Below are positions 8,301 to 20,565 of a DNA stretch of 64,000 nt, one piece after another (position 1 is the first letter of the stretch; the number at the start of each line of letters is the position of its first letter). The notes under the pieces are model-generated. The model had not been told where the DNA came from. It worked only from the letters and a program-made list of their open reading frames with translations, and made no database searches. The DNA comes from Bacillota bacterium. GTDB lineage: Bacteria; Bacillota_I; Bacilli_A; RFN20; CAG-826. The stretch is from positions 22,544 through 86,543 of the forward strand of contig JAURFC010000001.1 of the NCBI GenBank assembly GCA_030834445.1, given 5' to 3'. The position numbers and the translations under genes were made by a program.

Positions 8301-9497
8301 ATGAAAAGCTTAAAAGAACTGTATCGCATCGGACACGGGCCAAGCAGTTCTCATGCGATGGGTCCTGGCATTGCCGCCCAGTATTTTAAAACGCGCTATC
8401 CGCATGCGCTCGCGTTTCATATTACCCTTTATGCTTCCTTTGCCTATACCGGAAAAGGGCATTTAACCGATACGATTATTCAAAAAACACTTGCCCCCAC
8501 TCCGACGACCTTTACGTTTGATAAACAAACGAAAACCAGACATCCCAATACCTTTGATATTCTTGTCCAACTCCCTGATGAAGCGTTTACGCGTCGTGTG
8601 GAATCCATCGGGGGTGGGGCAATTAAAATTTATGATGAAGGTTTAAGCGATCCAGTGACGATGTATCCCCACACAAGTTTTAAAGCGATCGAAGCGTATT
8701 GTGATGCGCATCACCTCACCTTACTTCAATACATTGAGCAGATCGAAGGACCGTCACTTTATCCGTTTTTAAAAACGATCTGGGACCAAATGCAAAAAAC
8801 CATTCTTAAAGGCATTCAAACCGTGGGTGTCTTACCAGGACGACTTCAGGTGCCACGCAAGGCGAAGACACTCTATGATGCCGTCATGATGGATAATACC
8901 CCTGAAGTGCATCAAAATCGGCTCATTGCCGCCTATGCGTTCGCCGTCAATGAAGAAAATGCGGCAGGCGGTGTGGTCGTCACTGCCCCCACCTGTGGGG
9001 CTGCAGGAACGATGCCGGCGTTATTAAAATATGTCGCCGACCGCGATGATGTTCCGGAACAAATTATGCTTGAAGCCCTCGCAATTGGCGGGCTTTTTGG
9101 CAATTTGATTAAACATAATGCCTCCATTTCTGGGGCAGAAGCAGGATGCCAAGCGGAAGTCGGGTCTGCGTGTTCGATGGCTGCTGCCGCCTATGCGTAT
9201 GTGATGAAGATGAACCGTAAACAAATTGAATATGCAGCGGAAGTCGCCATGGAACACCATTTAGGTTTAACGTGTGATCCGATCGAAGGCTATGTGCAAA
9301 TTCCGTGCATTGAACGGAATGCCATGGCCGCCTTACGGGCGATGGATGCCGCGCAACTCGCCTCTGTCATTGCCGATAGCCGAAAAATTTCCTTTGATGT
9401 GGTGGTGGAAACCATGTATCAAACGGGAAAAGATTTGCATCGGAAATACCGAGAAACCTCCAAAGGTGGACTTGCGATTAAATATCGCGTCTCCTAG
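8301..9497 (+). CDS. sdaA: L-serine dehydratase, iron-sulfur-dependent, single-chain (beta+alpha)
   Basis: N-terminal beta-type motif IGHGPSSSHAMGP, then an alpha-domain with conserved Cys residues (TAPTCGAAGTMPA; CQAEVGSACSMAAAAY). Confidence 0.8.
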   Translation: MKSLKELYRIGHGPSSSHAMGPGIAAQYFKTRYPHALAFHITLYASFAYTGKGHLTDTIIQKTLAPTPTTFTFDKQTKTRHPNTFDILVQLPDEAFTRRVESIGGGAIKIYDEGLSDPVTMYPHTSFKAIEAYCDAHHLTLLQYIEQIEGPSLYPFLKTIWDQMQKTILKGIQTVGVLPGRLQVPRKAKTLYDAVMMDNTPEVHQNRLIAAYAFAVNEENAAGGVVVTAPTCGAAGTMPALLKYVADRDDVPEQIMLEALAIGGLFGNLIKHNASISGAEAGCQAEVGSACSMAAAAYAYVMKMNRKQIEYAAEVAMEHHLGLTCDPIEGYVQIPCIERNAMAALRAMDAAQLASVIADSRKISFDVVVETMYQTGKDLHRKYRETSKGGLAIKYRVS

Positions 9498-9533
9498 TTG
9501 TCAAACACCCTTGGTTCTTGTTAGGATAAAACT

Positions 9534-10040
9534 ATGTTAGAGAATGTCTTACGATTACAAACCACGAAAAAAAGTCTTGGCATGAACGCCTTTTATTTTG
9601 TATTTTTCCTTAGTATTTATACCCTAGTCGATTCGTTTAATATGTCTTATGCATCCATGGCAGAAACCTATGGCTTATTTCTCCCTATTGTGAATATTGT
9701 CTTGAATATCGTGATGGCCCTTTTATCGATGACGATGATGGGCCTTACGACGGCACAATTTCAACTCACGGGGAAAGAATCCAAAGGATCAAACTTAAGT
9801 TTTGCTTCGGTTTTCTTTGGTATTTTAACGTATGGCTGTACGCCTTGTGTCATTTCCTTTTTTGCCACCTTAGGAATTACTTTTTCTGTGATTGCCCTTC
9901 CCTTTGCGGGTCTCCCGTATAAATTTATTTCCTTAGCCTTGCTTATTATTGGGGTGTTCTGGGTCGTACGGTCAATTAAAACCTCGACGTGTCGCGTGGA
10001 TTTATCGGAGAAAGTGACCATTGAAAAACCCCATTTATAG
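9534..10040 (+). CDS. small polytopic membrane protein with an intramembrane CxxC (YGCTPCV) motif
   Basis: About 4 TM helices. The start may be Met17 (9582). Followed by a terminator. Confidence 0.5.
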   Translation: MLENVLRLQTTKKSLGMNAFYFVFFLSIYTLVDSFNMSYASMAETYGLFLPIVNIVLNIVMALLSMTMMGLTTAQFQLTGKESKGSNLSFASVFFGILTYGCTPCVISFFATLGITFSVIALPFAGLPYKFISLALLIIGVFWVVRSIKTSTCRVDLSEKVTIEKPHL

Positions 10041-10050
10041 GGGTTTTTTT
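10025..10050 (+). terminator. rho-independent terminator
   Basis: aaaacccc-atttata-ggggtttt plus a T-run, overlapping the stop codon of the upstream ORF. Confidence 0.7.
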
Positions 10051-10153
10051 CTTGGCAAATTGCCTTTAAAGAAAGCGCTTTAGTTAAGGAGTATAGGTCT
10101 TACACGGGCGAAACAAAAAAACTTTGCTACAATAAGGATGAAAGGATACTCTC

Positions 10154-10606
10154 ATGGACCAAACAACGTTTGTACTTATTAAACCCGACGCGATGAAATT
10201 AGGCTTAGCCGATATGATTTTAGAACGCTTTCGTCAAGAAGGCTTAACCGTCTTGCGTTCCAAAAAAGTTCGCGTGGAGAAAGAAAAAATCCTTACGCAT
10301 TATGAAGACGTCCTTAAGCGCTTAAATAAAGATTATTTAGCGCAAGCGATTCTCGATGAATTCCTCGATCAAGACGTTCTTATCCTTGTCCTCACTGAAA
10401 CGAATCACGATCCCATCACCCATGTTCGCACGATCATCGGGGCCACCGATCCTGCCAAAGCTGCTCCGACTTCCTTACGGGGTCAATTCGTGCATGATAC
10501 GTTAGAAGCATCCATCGTTGAAAAACGGTGGCTCCGTAATTTAATTCATGCCTCCGATTCGCCTGAAGCAGTCAAAAAAGAAACCGAACTTTGGTTTGGT
10601 CGTTAA
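10154..10606 (+). CDS. ndk: nucleoside diphosphate kinase
   Basis: 150 aa. Active-site His motif NLIHASDSPEAVKKETELWF (compare NxIHGSDSxExAxxEIxLWF) and an N-terminal FVLIKPDA. An extended -10 (tgctacaat) lies upstream. Confidence 0.8.
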   Translation: MDQTTFVLIKPDAMKLGLADMILERFRQEGLTVLRSKKVRVEKEKILTHYEDVLKRLNKDYLAQAILDEFLDQDVLILVLTETNHDPITHVRTIIGATDPAKAAPTSLRGQFVHDTLEASIVEKRWLRNLIHASDSPEAVKKETELWFGR

Positions 10607-11211
10607 ACGTTATCTTGCCAAAGCGCTAAACCAACATGATCAAAATCGTGGCTTGCAGCGTAGGGTAAACACGTATAGTCGACATAATAAATTAGCGTAT
10701 CCAACACCATAAAATTTTCGGGGTGATAATCCAACATCACCCCTTTATTTTTGAGATAATCCGCGAGATCTTTCATTTTAGAAAGAAGGAGGGGATTTAA
10801 ACGCTGTTTTTTTAACATCTGAGCAACGGTATCACCGTTTAAATATTGTTTCACAAGCATACGTTGGGATGGTTCGACATGGAGTAATAGCGGCATCATG
10901 ACTCCTAACGCTTTTAACGTTTCATAGCTTTCAACATCCCGTGCCATTGCAGGTGTTTCAGGATGATACGCTTTGACGATAAAAGGTAAATGCAAGTCGT
11001 TATGGACTAAGTATGTGTCGCTACTTTGACCGCGGTGAAGATGACTTTTGACCATCCATGCTTCGTGATGCAAAAGAATAATTGAATTTTGCTTTAAGAT
11101 TGGCGGTATCATTGATAAAATTATATCAAATGAACGTTTCATCTCAGGTTCGCAGCTTACTAAAAGCGATGACATTAGAAGAAAAAGTGGGGCAACTTCA
11201 CCAAGTCCCAC
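10603..11211 (-). CDS. hypothetical small protein with a protein-kinase-like catalytic-loop motif (atypical mini-kinase fold?)
   Basis: Contains FIVKAY (beta3 Lys-like), SYETLKAL (alphaC Glu-like) and MLDYHPENFMV (compare HRDLKPEN). The start is uncertain: track M1 is a GTG. ATG 11142 overlaps the divergent GH3 start, ATG 11055 would give 150 aa, and none has a good RBS. Confidence 0.45.
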   Translation of the reverse strand: MGLGEVAPLFLLMSSLLVSCEPEMKRSFDIILSMIPPILKQNSIILLHHEAWMVKSHLHRGQSSDTYLVHNDLHLPFIVKAYHPETPAMARDVESYETLKALGVMMPLLLHVEPSQRMLVKQYLNGDTVAQMLKKQRLNPLLLSKMKDLADYLKNKGVMLDYHPENFMVLDTLIYYVDYTCLPYAASHDFDHVGLALWQDNV

Positions 11212-13232
11212 CGTTTTTTTTCTCCGATTCTCTTTTGAATGAAGTAGCTGGACCGTTACGGAAATATAAAATTACCGAAGCCCAACTTTATCGGGTTGGT
11301 TCAATTTTAGGGACCGCAGGTCCTGAAGAAATGCGTCAGCTACAAACGATGTATTTAGAAAAAAGTCGACTCAAAATCCCACTTTTATTTATGGCGGATA
11401 TCATTCACGGCTATAAAACGATTTTCCCGATTCCCTTAGCGATTGCGGCAACGATGGATGTGGAACGCAGTCGCCTCGCTGCAAAGATTGCGGCGAAAGA
11501 AGCGGCCACCTCGGGTATCCATGTCACCTTTTCTCCCATGGCAGATTTAGCCCGCGATGCCCGTTGGGGACGCGTCATGGAAAGTTCAGGAGAAGATCCG
11601 TTTTTAAATTATCAAATGACATATGCGGCCGTCAAAGGCTATCAAGGTGAATCGCTCAACGACCCTTCCACCCTGGCTGCCTGTGGAAAACATGTAGTTG
11701 CCTATGGGGCCGCCGTGGCAGGAAAAGACTATACCCAAGCAGAAATTTCTAAACATTCACTTTATCAATATTACTTAGAAGGATATCGTGCGTGTGTGGA
11801 TGCTGAAGCAGAACTTCTTATGTCTTCCTTTAATGTGGTGGAAGGAGTCCCCTCCACGGTTTCACCCTTTGTCTTAAAAACACTCATCCGTCAACATTTG
11901 GGCTTTAAAGGCGTGATTATTTCCGATTATGATTCCCTTAATGAAGCGCATTTTCATCATGTTACCCATACGGGTGAAGAAACGGCCCTCAAAGGCATGC
12001 AAGCGACCTTAGATATTGAAATGTCCAGTGGCATTTATCAAAATCACATCATCCCCCTTATCCAAAAAGGCCAACTAAGTGAACGCTTACTCGATCAAGC
12101 CGTGCTCCGTGTTTTACAGCTCAAAGAAAAAATTGGTTTACTCGATGATCCGTTCCGAGGTCTTAATCCGGCCTTAGAAGCAACGCTACCTCTCTCGGAA
12201 GCTCATTATCAAACCGCGTATGATGTGGCTAAAGCGTCACCCATTTTATTACAAAACGAAGGCATGCTTCCTTTAAACAAAGAAGACGATGTCGTCTTTG
12301 TTGGGTCTTTACTAGACGAACAAAATTTATTAGGTGCCTGGGCATGGCATGGGGAGGCAGAACGAACCGCATCCCTTGCAATGGTGCTTCGTCAACGTTA
12401 TTCCCACGATCTCATTCCTTTCGATACGTTAAATGAAACACACGTTGCCCGCATTCAAAACGCGAAAAAAGTCGTCGTTGTCGTCGGTGAAAGGTCGAAA
12501 GAATTTGGAGAAGCCCGCAGTAAGGTTTCGCCCACCCTGTCTGCAGAACATCTCCAGCTTTGGCATCAGGTGATTGCCATAAATCCCTCGGTAATTACTC
12601 TTGTGCTTGCAGGGCGACCGCTTGTATTACCATCCAAAATCGAAACGTCGAAAGCGTTGTTATACAGTTTTTATTTAGGGTCCGCGATGGCCGATGTTCT
12701 CGTGGATACCCTTTTTGGTCAACTCAATCCTTCTGGAACCCTACCTATGACCTTAGCCCGTGAGGTGGGTCAACTTCCCCTTCATACGTTATCTTTACCG
12801 ACCGGACGTCCTTTTGAAGGTAAAACTTACACGTATACGTCTCATTACATTGAAGGAATTAATTCCCCTTTATATCCACTTGGCTATGGCTTAAGTTACA
12901 CGTCGTTTTCATTATTAAAAGCCAAAAAGATGCATGAAAATGATACCGCGATCCTTTTAGAAGTCACTGTTAAAAATATCGGTAATATCCCAGGAGAACA
13001 TCCTGTTTTTGCATATCTTCATACCCCACCGGTGCCGGTTGCACTTCCGGAAAAAACCTTAGTCGGTGTCTCCCGAATTGCTTTAGATGCTGGGGCTACG
13101 CAAACCTTTAGTGTGACCTTACCCAAACATCATTTCTATTATTACGATACGCAATACCGTCGCCAATCTTTTCTCGGCCCCTTTACGGTCACCGTTTCCC
13201 TCATGGGTGAAACGTTGGACGTGTCATGTTAA
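11130..13232 (+). CDS. glycoside hydrolase family 3 (BglX-like beta-glucosidase/beta-hexosaminidase), cytoplasmic
   Basis: GH3 signature region GIHVTFSPMADLARDARWGRVMESSGEDPFL. About 700 aa, two-domain plus C-terminal FnIII-like. No signal peptide. The start is placed at ATG 11130 (MNVSSQVRSLLKAMTLEEKVGQLHQ). Confidence 0.85.
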   Translation: MNVSSQVRSLLKAMTLEEKVGQLHQVPPFFFSDSLLNEVAGPLRKYKITEAQLYRVGSILGTAGPEEMRQLQTMYLEKSRLKIPLLFMADIIHGYKTIFPIPLAIAATMDVERSRLAAKIAAKEAATSGIHVTFSPMADLARDARWGRVMESSGEDPFLNYQMTYAAVKGYQGESLNDPSTLAACGKHVVAYGAAVAGKDYTQAEISKHSLYQYYLEGYRACVDAEAELLMSSFNVVEGVPSTVSPFVLKTLIRQHLGFKGVIISDYDSLNEAHFHHVTHTGEETALKGMQATLDIEMSSGIYQNHIIPLIQKGQLSERLLDQAVLRVLQLKEKIGLLDDPFRGLNPALEATLPLSEAHYQTAYDVAKASPILLQNEGMLPLNKEDDVVFVGSLLDEQNLLGAWAWHGEAERTASLAMVLRQRYSHDLIPFDTLNETHVARIQNAKKVVVVVGERSKEFGEARSKVSPTLSAEHLQLWHQVIAINPSVITLVLAGRPLVLPSKIETSKALLYSFYLGSAMADVLVDTLFGQLNPSGTLPMTLAREVGQLPLHTLSLPTGRPFEGKTYTYTSHYIEGINSPLYPLGYGLSYTSFSLLKAKKMHENDTAILLEVTVKNIGNIPGEHPVFAYLHTPPVPVALPEKTLVGVSRIALDAGATQTFSVTLPKHHFYYYDTQYRRQSFLGPFTVTVSLMGETLDVSC

Positions 13233-13252
13233 CCTTCCGCCATCGTGGGGGA

Positions 13253-14863
13253 ATGGCAATTGTATTCCTAAGTCTTCTACTTTCAGCGTGCGACGGGATT
13301 TTAACGTCCCTTTCTTCCTCCTCTGAAACTGATGTCTCCAGTACGCCTTCTGTTGAAAATTCCGTGAATTCTTCCTCAATCACACCGTCTTCGGTTCCTT
13401 TAACCTCCACCGATGTTGATTTCTTTTTTTCCCAAATCGAACTTCCCCCTTACCTGACCGAAGATACACCTCTACCAATTGTGGAAGGGTTAGAAGACGT
13501 ATTTTCCTGGGAATCACCCGATCTACTCATTGAAAACAACATTTTACGATATGCCAATCCCATCTATGATGAAACCAAAACATTATTTGTCACCTTAACG
13601 TATGAAGGACGAACTTATCAGCGCGCGTTTCCGATTGTAATGAAATCCCAACTCCTTCCTCCTGCGCTTTCCCAAAAAGCATCCTTGAATATCCAGTTAG
13701 CCAACGCACTTTCAGAAGTTGATATTGCGTATGAATATACCCTCGATGCATCCATGGCAATTACTTATGATACGAATGGGGCGATGGAATCCATAGACAT
13801 TCCTTCCCCGTTAACGATTCGTACACGAGGTCATTCCACACGTTTTATGCCGAAACGGTCCTATCGTATTCGCTTTGATGAAAATACGTCATTACTTGGC
13901 ATGAAATCCGCCAAAAACTATATTTTACTCGCGAACTATATTGATCATTCCCAAGTTCGTAATGCTTTAATGCATTTTATGTCGCAGTTTTATGATTCAC
14001 TTTATCCGATTGACTACCGCTTTGTGGATATATCCTTTAATGGGGTTTACCAAGGGAATTATTTACTCACCGAACGCGTGGAATTTCATAAAAATCGACT
14101 TGATATTCCGTTTGTACCTGCTGCCACCAATAGCGATAGTGGCTTTTTAGTCGAACTTGATTATCCCGGCGTCGAATTTAACGGGGAAGGCACAGAAGGT
14201 GTCGATATGTTCCGTCTCGAAGGTCGCCCGTATCAAATGAAAGAACCGAATCTTGATACCCCGGGCTTTGAACCTCGCCACTTTAACTATTTAAAATCAA
14301 CAATGGAAAATGTGACGGCCCGCTTGAAAAACCGTCAGGATGTCAGTGCCTTGATTGACATCGATAATTGGATTGATTATTTCTTATTGCAAGAAATTAG
14401 TAAAAACGTGGATGTCGGTTGGGGGTCGGTTTACATCTATAAAGCACCTGGCGAACCCTTACGCCACGGCCCGTTATGGGACTTTGATATTTCCATGGGT
14501 TTAGGCAATTATTTTGATTCGGATGCATCCGGTCATTGGGGTTGGAATGATTATTTCAAAAATGATTTCTTCACATGGATGATGCAGCAACCTACGATTT
14601 ATGCGCGTTTCCGTCAACGTTTAGCGGATTTTGAAATCCGCGTTCTTCCCCATGCGATCGCTTTTTTGACCGAACATACCGCTACGTTTTCTTCCATCTT
14701 TCAAAACAATATCGAGAAATGGCCGCTTAACGTGTGCGAAGGCGGATTTTGTCCGATGGTGGAACCGTTATTACAGGTTTCTTCCTACGCCAATCATTTA
14801 GAATTTATTGAAGATTTTCTCATCGACCGTGTTGCATGGATGAAAGCCAATATACCTTCTTAA
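13253..14863 (+). CDS. CotH-like (atypical kinase fold) lipoprotein
   Basis: Lipobox LLLSAC followed by a Ser/Thr-rich linker. CotH-type core (YRFVDISFNGVYQGNYLLTERVE..., WDFDISMG). The ORF extends back to 13226. Confidence 0.65.
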   Translation: MAIVFLSLLLSACDGILTSLSSSSETDVSSTPSVENSVNSSSITPSSVPLTSTDVDFFFSQIELPPYLTEDTPLPIVEGLEDVFSWESPDLLIENNILRYANPIYDETKTLFVTLTYEGRTYQRAFPIVMKSQLLPPALSQKASLNIQLANALSEVDIAYEYTLDASMAITYDTNGAMESIDIPSPLTIRTRGHSTRFMPKRSYRIRFDENTSLLGMKSAKNYILLANYIDHSQVRNALMHFMSQFYDSLYPIDYRFVDISFNGVYQGNYLLTERVEFHKNRLDIPFVPAATNSDSGFLVELDYPGVEFNGEGTEGVDMFRLEGRPYQMKEPNLDTPGFEPRHFNYLKSTMENVTARLKNRQDVSALIDIDNWIDYFLLQEISKNVDVGWGSVYIYKAPGEPLRHGPLWDFDISMGLGNYFDSDASGHWGWNDYFKNDFFTWMMQQPTIYARFRQRLADFEIRVLPHAIAFLTEHTATFSSIFQNNIEKWPLNVCEGGFCPMVEPLLQVSSYANHLEFIEDFLIDRVAWMKANIPS

Positions 14864-14885
14864 GCAGAAGTGTGCTATAGTCTAT
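14860..14885 (+). promoter_or_regulatory. putative extended -10 promoter for cshA
   Basis: TGcTATAGT at 14873-14881, with an AAGGAG RBS before ATG 14939. Confidence 0.4.
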
Positions 14886-14938
14886 GAGTTATTGTTCGTT
14901 TAGGGAGGCGTTGTTTTTCCTGAACATTAAGGAGAACT

Positions 14939-16372
14939 ATGCCGACATTTACTGACTTAGGATTATCATCCTCCCTTTTAAAGGCGATTGAAAAACAAGG
15001 ATATACGGAACCCACGGATATTCAATCGCAAGCTATCCCCCTACTTCTTTCGAACAAAGATGTGTTAGGATCTGCGCAAACGGGGACGGGAAAAACCGCT
15101 GCCTTTGCCTTACCGATTATTCACCATCTTGAAGGACCCCGTGATCCAAAAATCAAACGTGTCGTTCAAGCACTCATTTTAGCACCGACCCGCGAACTTG
15201 CGATTCAAATACAAGAGAATTTCTTTCAATACAGTCGCTTTTCGAATTTACGCATTGGTTGTTTTTATGGTGGGGTGAGTAAAGTCCCGCAAATGAAAAC
15301 ACTCTACCACGGTGTGGATATTGTCATTGGAACCCCCGGACGTATTCTTGATTTAATCCAATCGAAAGCCTTTCATCTTAAAGACATTCATCATGTCGTA
15401 CTCGATGAAGCTGATCAAATGCTTGATATGGGTTTTTTACCCGATGTCAAAATGATACTCAAAGACATTCCTCAACCGCATCAAACGTCGTTATTTTCTG
15501 CGACGATGCCTGATGCGATTCGTCATCTTGCCCATCAAATTTTAGTCAATCCCGAACGCATTTCCATTACGCCGGTGGAAGAACCGGTGGACCGGATACA
15601 ACACGACACCATTGCGATCGAAAAAAATCAAAAATTATCGTACCTCCTCTATCGCCTTAAAGACGACTCGATTGTGTCCGCGCTTGTTTTTACACGGACT
15701 AAGCGAGGCGCCAAACGCACCGCATTGAATTTAAAAGCCCAAGGGATTCCAACGGTCGAACTTCACGGCAATCAATCCCAACCTAAACGAACGGAAGCGA
15801 TGAAATCGTTCAAAGATAAAAAAGTACGCGTGCTTGTTGCCACCGATATCGCATCCCGAGGGATTGATATTCATCAACTTTCCCACGTCATCAATTTTGA
15901 TATGCCCGAAACCCCAGAAGCGTTTTTACACCGAATTGGGCGAACCGCCCGTGCAGGCTTTTCCGGGTCGGTCATTCACATGGTATCCCGCGAAGAAATG
16001 TATTTACTCAAAGCAATTAATCGTCATACCGGTTTAACGTTATCCCCGCAACGGGATAAAGCGTTTGTGTTTGATGCAACGCTCGTGATTAAACGCGATG
16101 ATGAGGAAGAAGAGGATTCCTCTGGTTATCAACGTCACCGACGTCCCAAAGGCTATCAATCCTCGTCGTCCTCAACACATTCTTCCCGTCCAGCCTTCCA
16201 AGGTGAGCCTTCTTCGCGTCCTTCGTGGGGAGAAAAACCGCGATATCCTCGTTCTGAAAAGCGTTCTTTTGATCGTCGCAAGGCAAATCCTTCCAATCCG
16301 AATGCATCGACAACAGAACAAAAAAAGCGTCCCTTCAGACGCTTTCAAAGTCGTGGTACTAAACCGAACTAG
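14939..16372 (+). CDS. cshA: DEAD-box ATP-dependent RNA helicase with a basic Arg/Ser-rich C-terminal tail
   Basis: Q-motif, AQTGTGKT, PTRELA, DEAD, SAT and HRIGRTAR motifs are all present. The tail reads ...SSRPSWGEKPRYPRSEKRSFDRRK.... Confidence 0.9.
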   Translation: MPTFTDLGLSSSLLKAIEKQGYTEPTDIQSQAIPLLLSNKDVLGSAQTGTGKTAAFALPIIHHLEGPRDPKIKRVVQALILAPTRELAIQIQENFFQYSRFSNLRIGCFYGGVSKVPQMKTLYHGVDIVIGTPGRILDLIQSKAFHLKDIHHVVLDEADQMLDMGFLPDVKMILKDIPQPHQTSLFSATMPDAIRHLAHQILVNPERISITPVEEPVDRIQHDTIAIEKNQKLSYLLYRLKDDSIVSALVFTRTKRGAKRTALNLKAQGIPTVELHGNQSQPKRTEAMKSFKDKKVRVLVATDIASRGIDIHQLSHVINFDMPETPEAFLHRIGRTARAGFSGSVIHMVSREEMYLLKAINRHTGLTLSPQRDKAFVFDATLVIKRDDEEEEDSSGYQRHRRPKGYQSSSSSTHSSRPAFQGEPSSRPSWGEKPRYPRSEKRSFDRRKANPSNPNASTTEQKKRPFRRFQSRGTKPN

Positions 16373-16776
16373 ATTTCGGTATATTTTTCTTTAATCGAAA
16401 TGCGATTCAAGGCTCGTGTAATCGCTGCTTTTGCCCGCATTTCATCGACTTTTTCTGTCTTTTCTTTGAGGCGTTCTTCGGCGCGTTTAAGCGATTCTTT
16501 CGCCCGGTTCAAATCAATTTGATTGGCTCGTTCAATCGTATCAAGAAGTAATAATACTTTTTCACGTTGTACGGAAAGAACTCCGCCAGAGGTGGCAAAA
16601 TAAGTTATCTTTTTACCTTCTTGAATGTGAAGTTCACTTGTTTTAACCACCGATAATAACGGTGTATGTTTGGCGAGAATCCCCATTTGCCCTGCACTCG
16701 TCATCACGTTTAAAAGATCGACGTTACCTTCGAATACTTTTTGTTTGGGCGTAATAATGAGGAGGTGAAAATTCAT
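16369..16776 (-). CDS. atpC: F0F1 ATP synthase epsilon subunit
   Basis: 135 aa, last gene of the atp operon, with typical epsilon N-terminal beta-sandwich plus C-terminal helices. Confidence 0.85.
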   Translation of the reverse strand: MNFHLLIITPKQKVFEGNVDLLNVMTSAGQMGILAKHTPLLSVVKTSELHIQEGKKITYFATSGGVLSVQREKVLLLLDTIERANQIDLNRAKESLKRAEERLKEKTEKVDEMRAKAAITRALNRISIKEKYTEI

Positions 16777-16777
16777 G

Positions 16778-19050
<2,273 letters not shown>

Positions 19051-19053
19051 TGT

Positions 19054-20565
19054 TTATTTTCCTGTACGGGCTTTGAAGAAGCTTTCGGCCGCGGATTTAA
19101 GCGCGGTTAAACTTTCGTCGGAGAATTTTTTCTTGGTTTTGAGTTCATCGAGCACTTTCGGAAGTTTTTGATGGACATGTTCCGTCCAACTGGCCAGTAA
19201 TCCTTTAAGTTCAGTAGCCTCGACCTCTTCGACAAAGCGATTCTGGACGGCGAATAAATATAAAATTTGGGTTTCGACCGGTAAGGGCGCGTATTGTTGT
19301 TGTTTTAAAACATTCATGAGCACCGAACCGTGGGTTAAGATACGCTTAGTTGACGTATCTAAATCCGAACCAAATTGAGCAAACGATTGGAGTTCACGGT
19401 AGTTGGCTAATTCAATTTTTAAGGAACGAACGACTTGTTTCATCGCGCCAATTTGGGCAGCACCCCCGACACGGGAGACCGATTGACCCGAATCAATCGC
19501 AGGACGTTGACCAGCATTAAAGAAATCGGTCATTAAGAAAATTTGCCCATCGGTAATGGAAATGACATTCGTAGGAATATAAGCAGAGTTATCGCCCGCT
19601 TGCGTTTCAATGATCGGTAAGGCCGTTAAAGAACCACCGCCATGTGCTTTATCAAGTTTACAGGCACGTTCGAGTAATCGGGAATGGAGATAGAAGATGT
19701 CCCCAGGATACGCTTCGCGACCCGGTGGACGACGTAAAAGCAGCGATAACGTACGATACGCGACTGCGTGTTTGGATAAATCATCATAAACAATGAGCAC
19801 ATCTTTGCCTGATTCTAACCATTCTTCGCCAATGGCGGTGCCACTGTAAGGTGCAAGCCATTGTAAGGTACCGATTTCAGAGGCGGAAGCCGAGACCACC
19901 GTGGTGTAGGCCATCGCGCCTTCGGTTTTTAAACGATCGACAATATTCGCGACCGTGGAATTTTTTTGACCAATCGCAACATAAATGCATAAAACACCGG
20001 AATCTTTTTGATTGAGAATCGTATCAATCGCAATCGCGGTTTTTCCCGTTTGACGGTCGCCAATAAGAAGTTCGCGTTGACCGCGACCAATCGGAATCAT
20101 CGCATCAATGGCCATAATCCCTGTTTGTAACGGGACATTAACAGGTTCCCGTGTCATGACCCCTGGGGCAATGCGTTCTACGGGACGAAAACGTTTCGTG
20201 GCAATCGGACCGAGTTCATCGATGGGTTGACCTAAGGCGTTGACGACGCGTCCTAGGAGGGCATCCCCAACAGGAACTTCAATGGTTTTTTTGGTTCGTT
20301 TGACTAAATCGCCTTCTTTGATGGCTTGAGTGGTAGATAATAAGGCAACCCCAACATGTTCCTCTTCAAGGTTAAGAACAAGACCATACAAATCATTGGG
20401 GAAGACGACGAGTTCATTCATCATCGCATCGGCTAACCCATAAACGAGGGCAATCCCATCCCCGACGGAGATGACTTTCCCTGTATCGGCTTCCGATAAC
20501 GGTTGATCAAAGTGTTTGATTTGCTCTTTGATAAGGGCAGAAATTTCATTGGGATTCAGTTTCAT
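19054..20565 (-). CDS. atpA: F0F1 ATP synthase alpha subunit
   Basis: GDRQTGKT P-loop, 503 aa. Confidence 0.95.
   Translation of the reverse strand: MKLNPNEISALIKEQIKHFDQPLSEADTGKVISVGDGIALVYGLADAMMNELVVFPNDLYGLVLNLEEEHVGVALLSTTQAIKEGDLVKRTKKTIEVPVGDALLGRVVNALGQPIDELGPIATKRFRPVERIAPGVMTREPVNVPLQTGIMAIDAMIPIGRGQRELLIGDRQTGKTAIAIDTILNQKDSGVLCIYVAIGQKNSTVANIVDRLKTEGAMAYTTVVSASASEIGTLQWLAPYSGTAIGEEWLESGKDVLIVYDDLSKHAVAYRTLSLLLRRPPGREAYPGDIFYLHSRLLERACKLDKAHGGGSLTALPIIETQAGDNSAYIPTNVISITDGQIFLMTDFFNAGQRPAIDSGQSVSRVGGAAQIGAMKQVVRSLKIELANYRELQSFAQFGSDLDTSTKRILTHGSVLMNVLKQQQYAPLPVETQILYLFAVQNRFVEEVEATELKGLLASWTEHVHQKLPKVLDELKTKKKFSDESLTALKSAAESFFKARTGK

Noticed and set aside
16372-16410. Possible bidirectional terminator between convergent cshA and atpC (atttcg…cgaaat with 17-nt loop)
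   Set aside because: The stem is short (6 bp), the loop is long, and it overlaps the atpC coding end. The evidence is too weak to annotate.
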